This document shows positions 30,384 through 40,718 of a DNA stretch of 64,000 nt, piece by piece. The stretch covers positions 1 to 64,000 of the IMG/VR virus record IMGVR_UViG_3300028591_000142, one strand, 5' to 3'. A model generated the notes under the pieces. That model ran no database searches. It was not told where the DNA came from and saw nothing but the letters and a program-made list of their open reading frames with translations. The position numbers and the translations under genes were made by a program. Every line of letters begins with the position of its first letter. Within the stretch, counting starts at the first letter, position 1. This DNA comes from a virus (taxonomy: Duplodnaviria; Caudoviricetes).

Positions 30384-31187
30384 ATGAATAAAAGGGATTC
30401 ACTTGGGGACAGAATGAAACAATATGAGGCTGTCCAAAAAACATTTTTAATACGTAGATTACCAGTGATTATTAGGCTTGACGGCAAGTCATTCCATACT
30501 TTTACTCGAGGAATGAAGAAGCCGTATGATGATATTTTAATGGTAGCGATGCAGGACACAATGAAATATCTTTGTGAAAATATTCAGGGTTGTGTATTTG
30601 GTTACACACAGTCAGACGAAATAACACTCGTACTAACTGATTATGCAACCCTTGAAACCGACGCTTGGTTTGGATACAACATTCAAAAAATTACTAGTGT
30701 GTCTGCGAGTATGGCTACACTTGAATTTAACAGGGTTTTCAAAAAACTATCCGAACAATTAATTGAGGATTATTTTGAGGCTTGGAATACTGATGATGAT
30801 GACAGAAAATATTGTGAACGTATGGAAAAAGCTATGTATAATGGCGCAATGTTTGATGCGAGAGTGTTTTCTCTTCCGAGACACGAAGTTTGTAATTGCC
30901 TTATTTGGAGACAGCAAGACGCTGTAAGAAATAGCATAGAATCAGCCGGTCAATCACAGTTTTCTCATAAAGAATTACATAAAAAGACCTGCAAACAAAT
31001 TCAGGAAATGTTAATTAAAGAAAAGGGAATTTATTGGGACGATTACCCTACGAGTTTTAAAAGAGGGTCTGCTTGCTATAAAGTTCCGGAACTTAAAGAC
31101 GGTTCTGTTATAAGAAACAAATGGAAGATTGATACCGAGATTCCTCTTTTTACTGAAGAAAGAATCTTTATAGAACGATGGATATAG
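30384..31187 (+). CDS. tRNA-His guanylyltransferase Thg1-like protein
   Basis: RMKQYE; IIRLDGKSFHTFT; YTQSDEI; FDAR; WRQQDAVRNSI. Confidence 0.92.
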   Translation: MNKRDSLGDRMKQYEAVQKTFLIRRLPVIIRLDGKSFHTFTRGMKKPYDDILMVAMQDTMKYLCENIQGCVFGYTQSDEITLVLTDYATLETDAWFGYNIQKITSVSASMATLEFNRVFKKLSEQLIEDYFEAWNTDDDDRKYCERMEKAMYNGAMFDARVFSLPRHEVCNCLIWRQQDAVRNSIESAGQSQFSHKELHKKTCKQIQEMLIKEKGIYWDDYPTSFKRGSACYKVPELKDGSVIRNKWKIDTEIPLFTEERIFIERWI

Positions 31188-31196
31188 GAGGCTTTA

Positions 31197-34100
31197 TGAT
31201 TGATTATATTACAAGAATAAAGACTATAGACGGAAGTGAGTTCATAAGCAATGAACCACTTGGTAACTTCCAGAACAAACTCGAAAGATGCAAGATTAAT
31301 AATCGTGATTTAGTTTCGTTGGAAGTAAATGGTCTTCCGTTTTACTTATCAATTGACAAAATTCTTTCGGCCGAATTAGTTAAACGTTTCGAGGTTAGAT
31401 ATAAATGTGTTGATTGTAACTCGGAATTTGACAAAGAATTTGACTGCTGCCCTAAATGTGGATGTCCGTTTCTTTATAAGGAGGAATACAATGAATAAAT
31501 TTTATACGGCTGAGGAAAAGAACAAATATGTTTCTCGTGATGAGTTCAAAGATTTTGTTGATAATTATCCAAGAAAATTAGACAGAGATGTGTATGCAGT
31601 TTATGAACCACCGCTTTTAACATATAACGATTTTGAGCTCGCAAACAGATGGCCTTATTCTGTAGTCGCCTGGACTTTTTTATATGATGACGAACCTGGT
31701 AGTTATTATTATTGTCCGGAAACAGAAAAGAAATATGGTATTCTGGAAAATTTTGAAGAATGTTTTGATTCTAAGACAGGTTTTAAAGAAGAATAAAAGG
31801 AGATATAGTATGGATTTAGGTGCTTATACAAACATTGAATATCTTGATGAAATTGCAAAGGAAAATAATATTGATGTGCCGAGATTAAGAGGTTATCGGT
31901 TAATGAAGGTTGAAGAACCGTTAACAAAAGATGAAATAAATAATCTTGTTAACGAAGCTGTTTATGGTAATTACGGTGTGTGTGATTACTTTTGTTGCTC
32001 AGTTCCAAAGTTTACCGACTCTGCCTTACATAGTTTCGACTGGAAGACAGACCGGATACGTAAAAAATATATGATTTCCGTTCCGGACGAAGAGAATAAA
32101 GACTACAAAAGATATGTTGGTTTTCGGTGGAACCTTATTCACGGAAAGGCAAAGAAACGACTCAAGCTTGCTATTAAACATAAGGAAAAGGCAGTTAGAG
32201 CTCAGTGGGAAGCTTGGAATAGATACGCCGGCAGAGACGATGTTTTATATATTCACGCAAGAATTGGCGGATGGAACTGGGGTTGTTACGGTGGAAATGA
32301 ACTTGCAAAAGAACCCTGGTTTTTAGAAAAGGTTGATGACAGTTATGATAACACATACTGTGACATATATGCAAAAATTAATCCTATTGATTTTGCGACC
32401 GACAAAAATGTCGGTGACAAAGACGAGGCAGAAAATAATGACTAATCAAGAAGCAATAAAAGAATTAACCTACTTAATGTTATGTCATAATTGGACAGAG
32501 GAAAGTTATAAAACTGGCTATAAGATAACTGAAGCATTACAAGCAGGTATTGAAGCATTAAAAATACAGTCCAAGGTAAAAAGCGAGGCAACAGAGAATG
32601 AGACTGATTGATGCCGATAAACTTAAAATATCCTATGATGGTCATTTTGTTGGTGTAGCTAAAAATGATTTAGACAATGCTCCAACAGTCGAAGCGGAGC
32701 CGATTATACACGGGCATTGGGTGGAAACAATATATGGCGATTTTATGTGTTCTCATTGTCATATGGTAAATTGTGCTGAAGGCAATTTTTGTAGTTGGTG
32801 TGGTGCAAAAATGGATGTGGAAAGCGAATGATATAAGTGCATATACCGAAGTATTATTGGATTCATAGACAAATACAAATAGACCCCTCAGACTATATGG
32901 AGGAGCCGAAAATTCTTGACTGCATCCAGTGTTCTAACTGTATGGAGGAATTTGCAGTATCTAAAGGATATATTTTGAATTACAGGTTTTGCCCAAAGTG
33001 TGGCGTAAAGATGAACAGTTAAAGCGAGGTATCGAAAATGAAGTTTGAATCCGATGAAACTTTACTTGATAGAGTAAAGATAGATGTAAAGCCCTATTCT
33101 ATGGCAAAAATTGGATTTGATTATACAAATGAGCACCCCGATAAATTTGTTACAAGACTGATGGCTGTATTTGAAGAAGGCAGCACTTATGTTGAAATTT
33201 ATGGGTATGATATTGAAGAAGATAAGCGGTTTTGGAATAGTTTGCCAAGCGATGTTATAAAAGATTGATTTGAATCACAAGTTTTGTCCTAAGTGTGGTG
33301 TAAAATGGACGAGAAACGAGGTAATAGATAATGACTAATGAAGAAGCAATAAAAATATTAGAGGGTGTACAATTTTATGATGATGTTGAATATTACGACA
33401 GGATTTGTAATCGTAGAGCAAGGGAAGCATTACAATATGCAATAAATGTTCTTGCAAAAGGAGCAACGTCGTGTTTGACAAGTTCAGATACGGATAAAGA
33501 CAGCAGTGTTGATGCAGAAGCGACTGTATCTGTTGTTACTGCTGATGGCTGGAATAGCGGATATGGATGTAGGATTTATTTACTCGGAGTATTTACTAAT
33601 CATAAAGATGCTGATAGATGTGCTACTCAATTTGCTCCTGAGGCAAGTATAACCGAAGTCGAGATAAATAAAGCATACCCACTTAAACCAGATATAGATG
33701 GTGACAATGAAAATGAATTATATCTTGGCGGTTATTGCGAGTGAAGGGAGAATAAATTATGAATATTGAAGTAAACTTTGACAACTTAACAAAAGAAGAA
33801 CAGAATCAGTTTAATGCTCTTGTAGAAAAGGCAATAAGTTACACTCGATGTGAGAAATGAAGAGGTGTTTTGAAAATGAATAAAGATACAGAATCCGTAA
33901 CAAAAAAGGGCTCAAATATTCCTACACAAAGTAGTACGCCTAAAATGCCTATTGTAAAAACCTCAACCGAAGATGAACCCAGAGGAGCACTCTTCGGATG
34001 GTTTGAACTGGAGTGCGAATTACACTCAAATAAGCAAATTCCAAAAGAGGAGCGAATGATTATGGCTTATGGCGCTTTAAACTCCGCACGACTCGCTGGT

Positions 34101-34779
34101 GAAATAACGTGGAATGAACAACACGAAAAGTTTGGTGATTTTGTTGCCAGCCTGTATGGTATTAAGATATGGAAAAAATAAGGTAGGTAAAACGAAATGT
34201 CTAATATTATTATGGTACCGGTATGTTCACATTGTTGTAGGATAATTCCAGATGTTGATACAAATCTTCGTTATATATATCCTAATATATGTCCTTATTG
34301 CGAAGCTACCCTGAGTGGATTTGAATATATAACAGATATATCTAAAGGTATTCATCTTAATACCGAACCAAGTATTTGTGAGAAGAATAACGAGTTACAC
34401 TATGTGTAAAAGGAGAATAAAAATGAGTAAAAGAATAACACATATTGATGATATCGAAGCAAGAGCTTATAGGGAAGGATATGATGAGGGCTGGGGTAGA
34501 GCTAAAGAAATCTTTGGTACCCACGAGATACTTGGCGGAGGTTCAAAAAGATATGTTTGTCTTGATGATATTTTAAAATTTCCTATCCGCGAAGACCATT
34601 GTGATAAGAAAAACGGAAGTCAGGAATTTATAAATGGGATAGAAACGGTTTTTGAATACATAGAGTGTCTCCCAGTTTTTGAAATTGATATTAATAACAT
34701 ACAAGATACATACGATAAAGGCTGGAGCGATGGTTTTGATTTTGCCTTGTATTTGGATGAGTCAGACAAAAGCATATAA
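31197..34779 (+). CDS. cluster of about 12 small hypothetical ORFs, many with zinc ribbons
   Basis: Packed ORFs, many with RBSs (31197, 31491, 31810, 32438, 32598, 32837, 33038, 33331, 33870, 34197, 34423); CxxC pairs. Confidence 0.65.
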
Positions 34780-34869
34780 ATTATTTTATTTAGTAAAACA
34801 AGGGTGGATTTTTGATGACGATTGTAAATAAAACTACGGTTTTATAAATAAATGAAAGCGAGGAATTAA

Positions 34870-35574
34870 ATGAAATTTACAGACACAAAAGAATTAAGCC
34901 TTGCCGAAAAGATTTTTATCATTCAGACATACTGTGATGTTGTAAAGAAAGATAAGAAAGGTTACAACTACAACTATTCTGATATTGAAAAAATTCTTGC
35001 CACGGTAACGGCTTATATGCAGAAGTACAGAGTGGATTTATATCCGTCTATTGTACCAGGAACAACAAACGTTCAACAGGTAACTTTGGCAAATACGAAG
35101 TTTGACAGAACCGGTAAGCAGTACACAGAAACCAAAACAGAAATGATGGTCAGCGCGGATATGGTTTTCACGTGGGTAAATCTTGATAACACAGAAGAAC
35201 GTATGGATGTTCCGTGGACGATTATTGGTATGCAATCAGACCCGTCACAGGCATTTGGTTCAGCGTTAACTTATTGTACAAGGTACTTCCTTACTAACTA
35301 CTTTAAGATTGCACAGACAGAAAAAGATGTTGATGCATATCGTAGCGCTCAGAAAGCTGCAGCGGCAACAGAAGATAGGCAAATAGCCGAAAGTATTATT
35401 AATGAATTTGACGGTTTAATAAAGGACTATCTTGCAAAGCACGCAGACAAAGCAGATGATATGAAGAGGTTTATAAGCAAGTACGTCAAGGATTCAGATT
35501 ATTTTAAGATTAAAGACCCGGCGTTGGCTTCAAAATTATTACAGGATTTTAATGAATTAATCAAAGGAGAGTAA
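34870..35574 (+). CDS. ERF family single-strand annealing protein
   Basis: KKDKKGYNYNY; QAFGSALTYCTRYFL ERF motif. Confidence 0.85.
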   Translation: MKFTDTKELSLAEKIFIIQTYCDVVKKDKKGYNYNYSDIEKILATVTAYMQKYRVDLYPSIVPGTTNVQQVTLANTKFDRTGKQYTETKTEMMVSADMVFTWVNLDNTEERMDVPWTIIGMQSDPSQAFGSALTYCTRYFLTNYFKIAQTEKDVDAYRSAQKAAAATEDRQIAESIINEFDGLIKDYLAKHADKADDMKRFISKYVKDSDYFKIKDPALASKLLQDFNELIKGE

Positions 35575-35575
35575 A

Positions 35576-35971
35576 ATGGGTTTTAGAAACGATACATACG
35601 CAACAGTATGGGAAGTAGATGTAAAGTCAGATACTTTTACAACAGGCAGGATTTCAATCAGCCATAAGAACAAGAATACGGGTGAATATGAAACAGACTT
35701 CAGCTCATATGTTTGTTTCGTTGGCTCAGCAACGAGTAAAAAGGCGGGTTCTCTCGCACCTAAATCACGCATTAAACTTAAGTCTGTTGATGTAACTAAT
35801 AAATTTAACAAAGATACAAGGGAAAATTTTTACAGTTTTAAGATTTATGATTTTGAGGTCGTTGATAATAACGGCTCCGCACCCACCACGGTAAGAGATG
35901 CGGCGAGTGAGTTAGAGTTTTCCGTTGAGTCAAACGAAGAGGATGGCGGTAACAACCAACTTCCGTTTTAA
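35576..35971 (+). CDS. ssb: single-stranded DNA-binding protein
   Basis: OB-fold-like, acidic tail ending LPF; follows the ERF gene. Confidence 0.75.
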   Translation: MGFRNDTYATVWEVDVKSDTFTTGRISISHKNKNTGEYETDFSSYVCFVGSATSKKAGSLAPKSRIKLKSVDVTNKFNKDTRENFYSFKIYDFEVVDNNGSAPTTVRDAASELEFSVESNEEDGGNNQLPF

Positions 35972-36224
35972 ATAAGAGTTGATTAAAGCCGGTAGTTAAT
36001 GCGGCTACCGGCTTAGAATAAAGGAGAATATATTATGAAGTGTAACAAATGCGGAACCGAAATGGTTAAGGTTTTTTCGTTTGAAGAAGAAAACCTCCAG
36101 AAAATGATGTGCCCAAACTGCGGTGCGTCCACAAAAGGTCAACCTATCGAATATGATAGCGAAACCGGAGATGTGGTTTTGAGAAAGCCGAAGCGTCAGC
36201 ACCCTAAGAAAAGGGGTAAGGTAA

Positions 36225-36812
36225 ATGAATAAGTTGAACGGTTTACATACTTGGTTTTCAAAATCAGAGAATTTAAAGCTATTAGCCATAGTTTTTGCGG
36301 TCATTGCAGCGATATGTTTGCTTTTAATATTTGGCTTTAATGGAGTTAAAAACTCTGCGATTTCCCTGGAAGAGCAAATAATGTCTGCTCAATCTGATAT
36401 AAACGTACAGGAAAAGCGAAGAGCGGATTTATTACCTAATCTTGCCGATTGTGTAAAACAGTATGATAAACACGAATACGAAACACTTGTTGATATTATT
36501 GAAAAGAGAAATCTTAATAACGACAGTTCGGCTGAAGACGTTATGTTAATTGTTAACGCTGTGGCTGAAAACTATCCGGAATTAAAGAGCAATGAGAATT
36601 ACAAGGAGTTAATGAAGGAATTGTCAGTTACGGAAAATCTGATTTCAAACTACAGAACAAGTTTTAATAAATGGGTTAAAAAATATAATCAGTATGTCAG
36701 AAAATTTCCTAATAAGCAAATACTATCAATGCTTAATTACGAAGTAATAGATTATAAATACTTGGATTATAATTCTTCGGCTGACGCTCCGACAAATTTG
36801 TTCGGCAATTAA
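36225..36812 (+). CDS. LemA family protein
   Basis: N-terminal TM; KRRADLLPNL; ENYPELKSNENY; FPN. Confidence 0.88.
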   Translation: MNKLNGLHTWFSKSENLKLLAIVFAVIAAICLLLIFGFNGVKNSAISLEEQIMSAQSDINVQEKRRADLLPNLADCVKQYDKHEYETLVDIIEKRNLNNDSSAEDVMLIVNAVAENYPELKSNENYKELMKELSVTENLISNYRTSFNKWVKKYNQYVRKFPNKQILSMLNYEVIDYKYLDYNSSADAPTNLFGN

Positions 36813-36816
36813 CAAT

Positions 36817-37542
36817 ATGGAGATAACTAAACGAGAGGTATTAGTAAGTCTTGTAATAGTGTCTGTTCTTCTCATTGTGGGATTTTTAATAGGCGGAAAA
36901 ATCAATGAACATCATATGGAAAAAGTCCAAGAATATAACACGGCTTTACAGATAGATAATAACAGAGACTTATTTGAGTATGGGATGAAGACTAACGTAG
37001 GACGAGCGTTTGTTTACGGGACTTTACAAGCCTTAGACCCAGTATCGTATGATGAAGTTGACGGAGAGTATTCTTCGATTAAGAAAGTTAAAGAACGATA
37101 TACGAGACACACAAGAACCGTTACAAAGACGAGAACAGTAGACGGGAAAACCGAGACGTACACGGAAGAAGAAGTATATTATTCTTGGGATTATGTTAGT
37201 CACGAAGAAACACACGCAACAAAAATATCCTTTATAGATGTTGAATTCCCGTATGGAACAATAAACTTCCCGGAACGTAAACACATAAAGACAAAACAAG
37301 TGAGTTCAACAATTCGTTATGTATATTCTGGAGCACCCGTTAAATGTGAGGGTACGATTTACGCTATACTAAAAAACAACACGATAAGTGATGTCTCAAT
37401 GAACCATTATTGTAATATCGAAGACACACTTGAAAGTTATAACCAAAACTTTGCGGTAGTTGTGTTCTGGATACTTTGGATTTTCTTACTCATCGTATCT
37501 GTTATCGGGTTTTTATACCTTGATAATTATTGGCTTGACTAA
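36817..37542 (+). CDS. membrane protein (N- and C-terminal TM)
   Basis: Two hydrophobic helices; adjacent to the LemA gene. Confidence 0.75.
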   Translation: MEITKREVLVSLVIVSVLLIVGFLIGGKINEHHMEKVQEYNTALQIDNNRDLFEYGMKTNVGRAFVYGTLQALDPVSYDEVDGEYSSIKKVKERYTRHTRTVTKTRTVDGKTETYTEEEVYYSWDYVSHEETHATKISFIDVEFPYGTINFPERKHIKTKQVSSTIRYVYSGAPVKCEGTIYAILKNNTISDVSMNHYCNIEDTLESYNQNFAVVVFWILWIFLLIVSVIGFLYLDNYWLD

Positions 37543-37550
37543 GGAGTGAA

Positions 37551-38333
37551 ATGGAAAAATCAATTTTAAGTTATAAACCTTTTTATGACGAAATGGTTTG
37601 GAGTAACTCAAGGGTACAGTGCTACAGAGATTGTCCGTATCAGTTTTATATGAAATACATAGGTAAAAATGACGAGCAACCGCAGTTTTACAAATCATTT
37701 GGGCTGTTTATGCACAAGATAATTGAGCAGTATTACACGCAGGGCTTATCAAAGAGTGATATGAAAATAAAGTTCCTGGTCAATTATCAAAAAGAGGTTT
37801 TGGGTCAAAGACCGAGCGCATCTATATCTCAAAAATATATAGAAGATGCTCTTAAATACCTTGAGACATTCGAGCCGCTGCCATTTAATATGTTAGCAGT
37901 GGAAAAGAGAGTGGAGTTTAAGGTTGGAGACAAAAACTGTGTAGGTATTATAGACTATCTCGGAGAAAAGGACGGTAATCTATATATAGTTGACCATAAA
38001 TCCAGAAGATTAAAACAGAAGAGTAACAGAAAGAAACCTACGAAAAATGACTTGACTATTGACGACACTCTTAAACAACTTTACCTATATTCAAAGGCAA
38101 TAAAAGACGAGTATGGGGTTTTCCCAAAGGCGTTATATTTAAATTGCTTTTTAAACAGAGAGCTAATTGAACAACCTTTCGATGTAGATATTTATAATAA
38201 GGTTTTAGAAGAATTTGTGTCAGACATTAATTATATCTCAGAAGATAATGATTTTAATCCTTATGTAGAATTTTTTAATTGCAAGTATCTATGTGGGTTT
38301 AGCTCAGATTGTTGTTATTTTAACGGGAGGTGA
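37551..38333 (+). CDS. PD-(D/E)XK exonuclease (Cas4/AddB-like)
   Basis: CPYQF; GIIDYL..IVDHKS; QLYLY; C-terminal CxxxC..C. Confidence 0.85.
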   Translation: MEKSILSYKPFYDEMVWSNSRVQCYRDCPYQFYMKYIGKNDEQPQFYKSFGLFMHKIIEQYYTQGLSKSDMKIKFLVNYQKEVLGQRPSASISQKYIEDALKYLETFEPLPFNMLAVEKRVEFKVGDKNCVGIIDYLGEKDGNLYIVDHKSRRLKQKSNRKKPTKNDLTIDDTLKQLYLYSKAIKDEYGVFPKALYLNCFLNRELIEQPFDVDIYNKVLEEFVSDINYISEDNDFNPYVEFFNCKYLCGFSSDCCYFNGR

Positions 38334-38341
38334 CATAATAT

Positions 38342-39670
38342 TTGAAAGCAGAAGATATCAATAGCTTAGAGAGCGAGTCCGGTATTATAGCTTCGCTTAT
38401 ACATAATCCGGAATGGTGTTTTTACTCAGAATTTCTGCTCCCGAATCATTTTGTAAACAAAGAAAACAGGTGTGTATATACTGCGATATGTGACTTGGCT
38501 TGTAAAGGGATAAGCACAGTCGACCCGTATAATATACTTGAGGATTTAGCCTCATCTGAGGCGACAAGGAAATACGCAGACGAATTGTCTGTAGAAAAGC
38601 TACAAGAACTCGTTGAAATGAGCGATGTTTTGGCGAGGGGCTCGGTAGAAGAATATAATTTGTTGGTTTCTAACGTTCTTGACGCAGCTTTTAGACGAGA
38701 TGCGTTTCAAGTTTTAAAAGAAGCACAGGCGTTATGTTGCGACAGGACGCAGAAAGATATCCAAAACCGTATTTACTCGCTTGTTGATGGAGTAATGACG
38801 GAATTTTCCACAACAAATGATATTCCGCAGTTTAAAGATGTCATTGATGAAAAGTGGGCGGAAATACAGGCAAGACAGAAAGAGGGTTTTGCCGGAATCC
38901 CGTTCAAGTTTCCCACGCTCAATGAGTATGCAACCATAGAGCCTGGAGAATTGTTTATTTTTGCCGCAGAAGCAAAGCAGGGTAAATCAATGTTGCTTCT
39001 GAACTGCGCGATGGACTTATTAAAGAAAGATGTTGCGGTTCTTTATCTTGATAGTGAACTTAATACAAGATTATTTACAGCAAGAGTGCTTGCGCACCTC
39101 ACAGGCATAGAATACAGGAGATTAACCTGCGGAAATTATAGTGACGAAGAGGGTAGGAAGATTAATGAGGCTATCAGGTGGCTGAAAACAAGGAAATTTA
39201 CGCATATTTACATACCGATGTTTGACCAGCAGAGTATTTTTACAGCAGTAAAGAAAGTAAAACATACTCAAGGCTTAGATGTGCTTATCGTTGACTACTT
39301 TAAGGGCTCCGGGGACGGAGACGCATTCGATTCATATCAAGAACTTGGACGGTTCGTTGATATGGTAAAGAATAAGATATGTGGCGATATGAATATCTGC
39401 GGTATCGGTGCCGCACAAGCCACAGTCAATGGTAAAATAGCGGATTCAGCCAAGATAGGAAGAAATGCGAGTACAATTGCATATATTCTTGATAAAACAC
39501 AGGAAGAAATTGAGGCAGACGGAGTTGAATGTGGTAATAAAAAGCTCAGAGTTGCATTAAATCGTAATGGAATGCAAATGGCGTCAGGAGAATATATAGA
39601 TTTGTTCTTTGACGGCAATCACGTTATGTACCAAGAGGCTAAACAACACATTCCGCAGTCTCCTTATTGA
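38342..39670 (+). CDS. dnaB: replicative DNA helicase DnaB-like
   Basis: Walker A AEAKQGKS; LIVDY; N-terminal ESGIIASL. Confidence 0.88.
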   Translation: MKAEDINSLESESGIIASLIHNPEWCFYSEFLLPNHFVNKENRCVYTAICDLACKGISTVDPYNILEDLASSEATRKYADELSVEKLQELVEMSDVLARGSVEEYNLLVSNVLDAAFRRDAFQVLKEAQALCCDRTQKDIQNRIYSLVDGVMTEFSTTNDIPQFKDVIDEKWAEIQARQKEGFAGIPFKFPTLNEYATIEPGELFIFAAEAKQGKSMLLLNCAMDLLKKDVAVLYLDSELNTRLFTARVLAHLTGIEYRRLTCGNYSDEEGRKINEAIRWLKTRKFTHIYIPMFDQQSIFTAVKKVKHTQGLDVLIVDYFKGSGDGDAFDSYQELGRFVDMVKNKICGDMNICGIGAAQATVNGKIADSAKIGRNASTIAYILDKTQEEIEADGVECGNKKLRVALNRNGMQMASGEYIDLFFDGNHVMYQEAKQHIPQSPY

Positions 39671-39712
39671 TAATCAATACTAAAATACAAAACGCAACTG
39701 AAGGGAGTAACA

Positions 39713-40696
39713 ATGGACTTAGAAGGTTTAATACAAAGCATTGATATTGTTGAGTATATCTCTCAGTTTGTTGACCTCGTTCAGCGCGGAGAAGAATGGT
39801 GGGGTTTGAGCTGTTTCAAAGACGAAAAAACTCCTTCGTTTTCAGTAAGACAGCATCCCCCGGTGTTCTTCGACTATAGTTCTGGCATTGGTGGTAATGT
39901 TTTTACATTTACAAAGCATTACTACAACTGTTCTGGACGAGAAGCAATAGAAATTCTTAAGAATTACTGTGGAATGACCGGTCTTGACGTTGTACCAAGA
40001 CACAAAATGGCCGCAACAACCACTTGTAAGAGATTCGCGCCAAGAAAATCAACGTCAAAACCCTCCACAGCAACCATTTTACCAGACAACTATATGGAAA
40101 AGTACGAAAAACGTGACGACAAACTGGTTGTTTGGGAAAACGAGGGTATATCAAGAGAGTCTCTTGATAAATTTCAGGTTTATTACGACAGTTTTTCTGA
40201 CAGATTGGTATATCCAATAAGAAATATTGACGGAAAAATAGTGAACATAGGTGGTAGGGCGCTCGACCCGGAGTGGAAAGAGAAAAAAATGAGAAAATAT
40301 ACGTATTTTTACTCTTGGGGAACGATAGATACTATCTATGGAGTCGCTGAAAACCTACAAAGCATAAAAGATAAACAAGAAATTATCTTGTTTGAAGGGT
40401 GTAAGAGTGTTTTGGTCGCTGATACGTGGGGAATACACAATTGTGGCGCAATCCTCACGTCACATCTTAACCCTAATCAGATGAAAATACTTGCAAAACT
40501 TGGTTGTAGGGTGGTCTTTGCTCTCGACAAGGACGTAAGAATTAAAGACGACCACAATATTGCTAAATTAAAGCAATATGTAAACGTAGAATATATCTGG
40601 GATTACAGAGACCTGCTTGACGAAAAGGATGCGCCTGTAGATAAAGGCAGAGATGTATTTCTTAAGCTCTACGATAGCAGACTTAAATATAAATAG
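39713..40696 (+). CDS. dnaG: DNA primase
   Basis: Degenerate CHC2 (CFKDEKTPSF); GGR; TOPRIM FEG..ALDKD. Confidence 0.88.
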   Translation: MDLEGLIQSIDIVEYISQFVDLVQRGEEWWGLSCFKDEKTPSFSVRQHPPVFFDYSSGIGGNVFTFTKHYYNCSGREAIEILKNYCGMTGLDVVPRHKMAATTTCKRFAPRKSTSKPSTATILPDNYMEKYEKRDDKLVVWENEGISRESLDKFQVYYDSFSDRLVYPIRNIDGKIVNIGGRALDPEWKEKKMRKYTYFYSWGTIDTIYGVAENLQSIKDKQEIILFEGCKSVLVADTWGIHNCGAILTSHLNPNQMKILAKLGCRVVFALDKDVRIKDDHNIAKLKQYVNVEYIWDYRDLLDEKDAPVDKGRDVFLKLYDSRLKYK

Positions 40697-40718
40697 TATT
40701 AATAGGAGGTGTTTTGGG

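Noticed and set aside
37551-38333. CRISPR Cas4
   Set aside because: It sits in the ERF/SSB/DnaB replication module, which is typical for a phage PD-(D/E)XK exonuclease.
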